Below, in pieces: positions 62,760 through 64,000 of a DNA stretch of 64,000 bases (the stretch's first letter is position 1; each line of letters starts with the position of its first letter). The notes under the pieces were generated by a model that made no database searches, was not told the origin of the DNA, and saw nothing but the letters and a program-made list of their open reading frames with translations. The position numbers and the translations under genes are program-made. Source of the stretch: Eledone cirrhosa (taxonomy: Eukaryota); contig OZ024740.1 of the NCBI GenBank assembly GCA_964016885.1, positions 245,892,001 through 245,956,000 of the forward strand, in the 5' to 3' direction.

Positions 62760-64000
62760 GTCCGTCTTGCCAGAAAAGAACGGCGCAATGCTGAACGTGA
62801 GTACAAACTTCACAAATCAGACATTAATAGGAAGAGGCGAAATAGATCGTCCAACCACCTCAAACAGGTGACAAAAAAGGCAGTGCTTCAATTTGAGCAG
62901 CGCATAGCAACCAGCCCTGACAGTAAGGTGTTCTGGAAGTATGTTCACTCAAAGCAGAGGCCTCACTCTCCAGTTGGTCCTCTTCGCAATCCCCACACAA
63001 GCCAGGTTACTGACGACCCCAAGGAATACGCAGAGCTCATTGCTGAATGCTATGCAGGCATTTTCACCATTGAAGACCAGAGTGTACCATCTCCACCACC
63101 TATGACACCGGACTCTATTACAACCATGGAATTTACACCTGCAATGCTGCGACGTCACCTAAAAAATAAACGCAACCATGCCTCTCCTGGTCTTGATGGT
63201 GTTACGTACCTGCTTCTTAAACGTGGTGGGTACTTCCTTCTACACCAGTTATCACGCTTCTTCCAATTCTGTCTGAACAACAGTGCTACTCCAGAACAGT
63301 GGAAAACTGCCAGTGTCATTCCTCTGTTCAAAAAGGGTGACCGCACATCACCTGTGAACTATCGTCCAGTCAGTCTTACTAGTTGCATCGCCAAACTGAT
63401 GGAATCCTGTGTCAGAGAAACACTTTGGAACTTCTGGAGCTCTCACAGTCTTATCCGGCCCTCGCAATTTGGATTTATCCCCAACTCCAGCTGCTGTGAT
63501 CAACTTATAGAGTTTCTTGAGGACATCACCCGGATCACTGATGGCGGCTCATGGGTGGATGTTGTTTACCTTGACTTTGCGAAGGCCTTCAATTCTGTGC
63601 CACACAAAAGGCTTATGGCAAAACTCTCTGCAATGGGTGTGAAGGATGATCTTTTTAACTGGTTGAAGTCCTTCATTCTCAGTCGAAGAGAGGTAGTCAC
63701 GGTTCTGGGACAGCATTCCCCACCATATGAGATGTCATCTGGTGTACCTCAGGGATCTGTTCTTGGCCCCCTTTTGTTTGTGGCATATATTAATGACATA
63801 GATGCCAACTTAAGGAATGCCACAGTACTAAAGTACGCAGACGACATCAAGCTGTACCTTGAGATAAAAAGGACAGATCCTGAACACTATAGATCTTGCT
63901 TGCAGTCTGACCTGGACACAATGCAACAGTGGATCTCAGACTGGCAACTCAAGCTAGCTGTGGACAAGTGCACCACCATGCATTTTGGGAGTAAAAACCC
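62760..64000 (+). mobile_element. CR1/L2-group LINE, 5'-truncated; RT frame open to the window edge
   Basis: FWKYVHSK, SPGLDG, NYRPVSLTS, YLDFAKAFNSVPH, GVPQGSVLGPLLF, YADDIKL. Confidence 0.94.

Overview
Eukaryotic, AT-rich, microsatellite-dense DNA. By inference it is a cephalopod, probably Octopus, given the (TA)n/(CA)n seas, RTE LINEs with (GAT)n tails and CORE- and Meta-like tRNA SINEs. The one clearly recognisable host gene is FBXO9 (F-box only protein 9) on the minus strand: 13 coding exons traced by hand from 61030 down to the stop at 29978, all with GT-AG introns in consistent phase; the ATG exon was not located. A convergent plus-strand gene may end near 26.7 kb. The rest is mostly transposable elements: one apparently intact full-length RTE LINE (APE + RT + inserted PHD finger) and about 10 truncated relatives, CR1/L2-type LINEs, Penelope-like elements (one Naiad-type GIY-YIG), a 9.3-kb Buster-type hAT with perfect TIRs and TSD holding a second TSD-bounded hAT and other nested elements, three non-autonomous Helitrons, a deleted mariner and an 80-bp dimeric minisatellite. 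The most notable unannotated signal is a dense set of type I hammerhead ribozyme motifs in Penelope-like terminal-repeat relics. These include an intact one at 45631-45714 and a multicopy core variant (CAGAAGA, U4A); several sit in short inverted-repeat pairs. Most short ORFs in the supplied track are microsatellite or antisense artefacts. All alignments and folds were done by eye.
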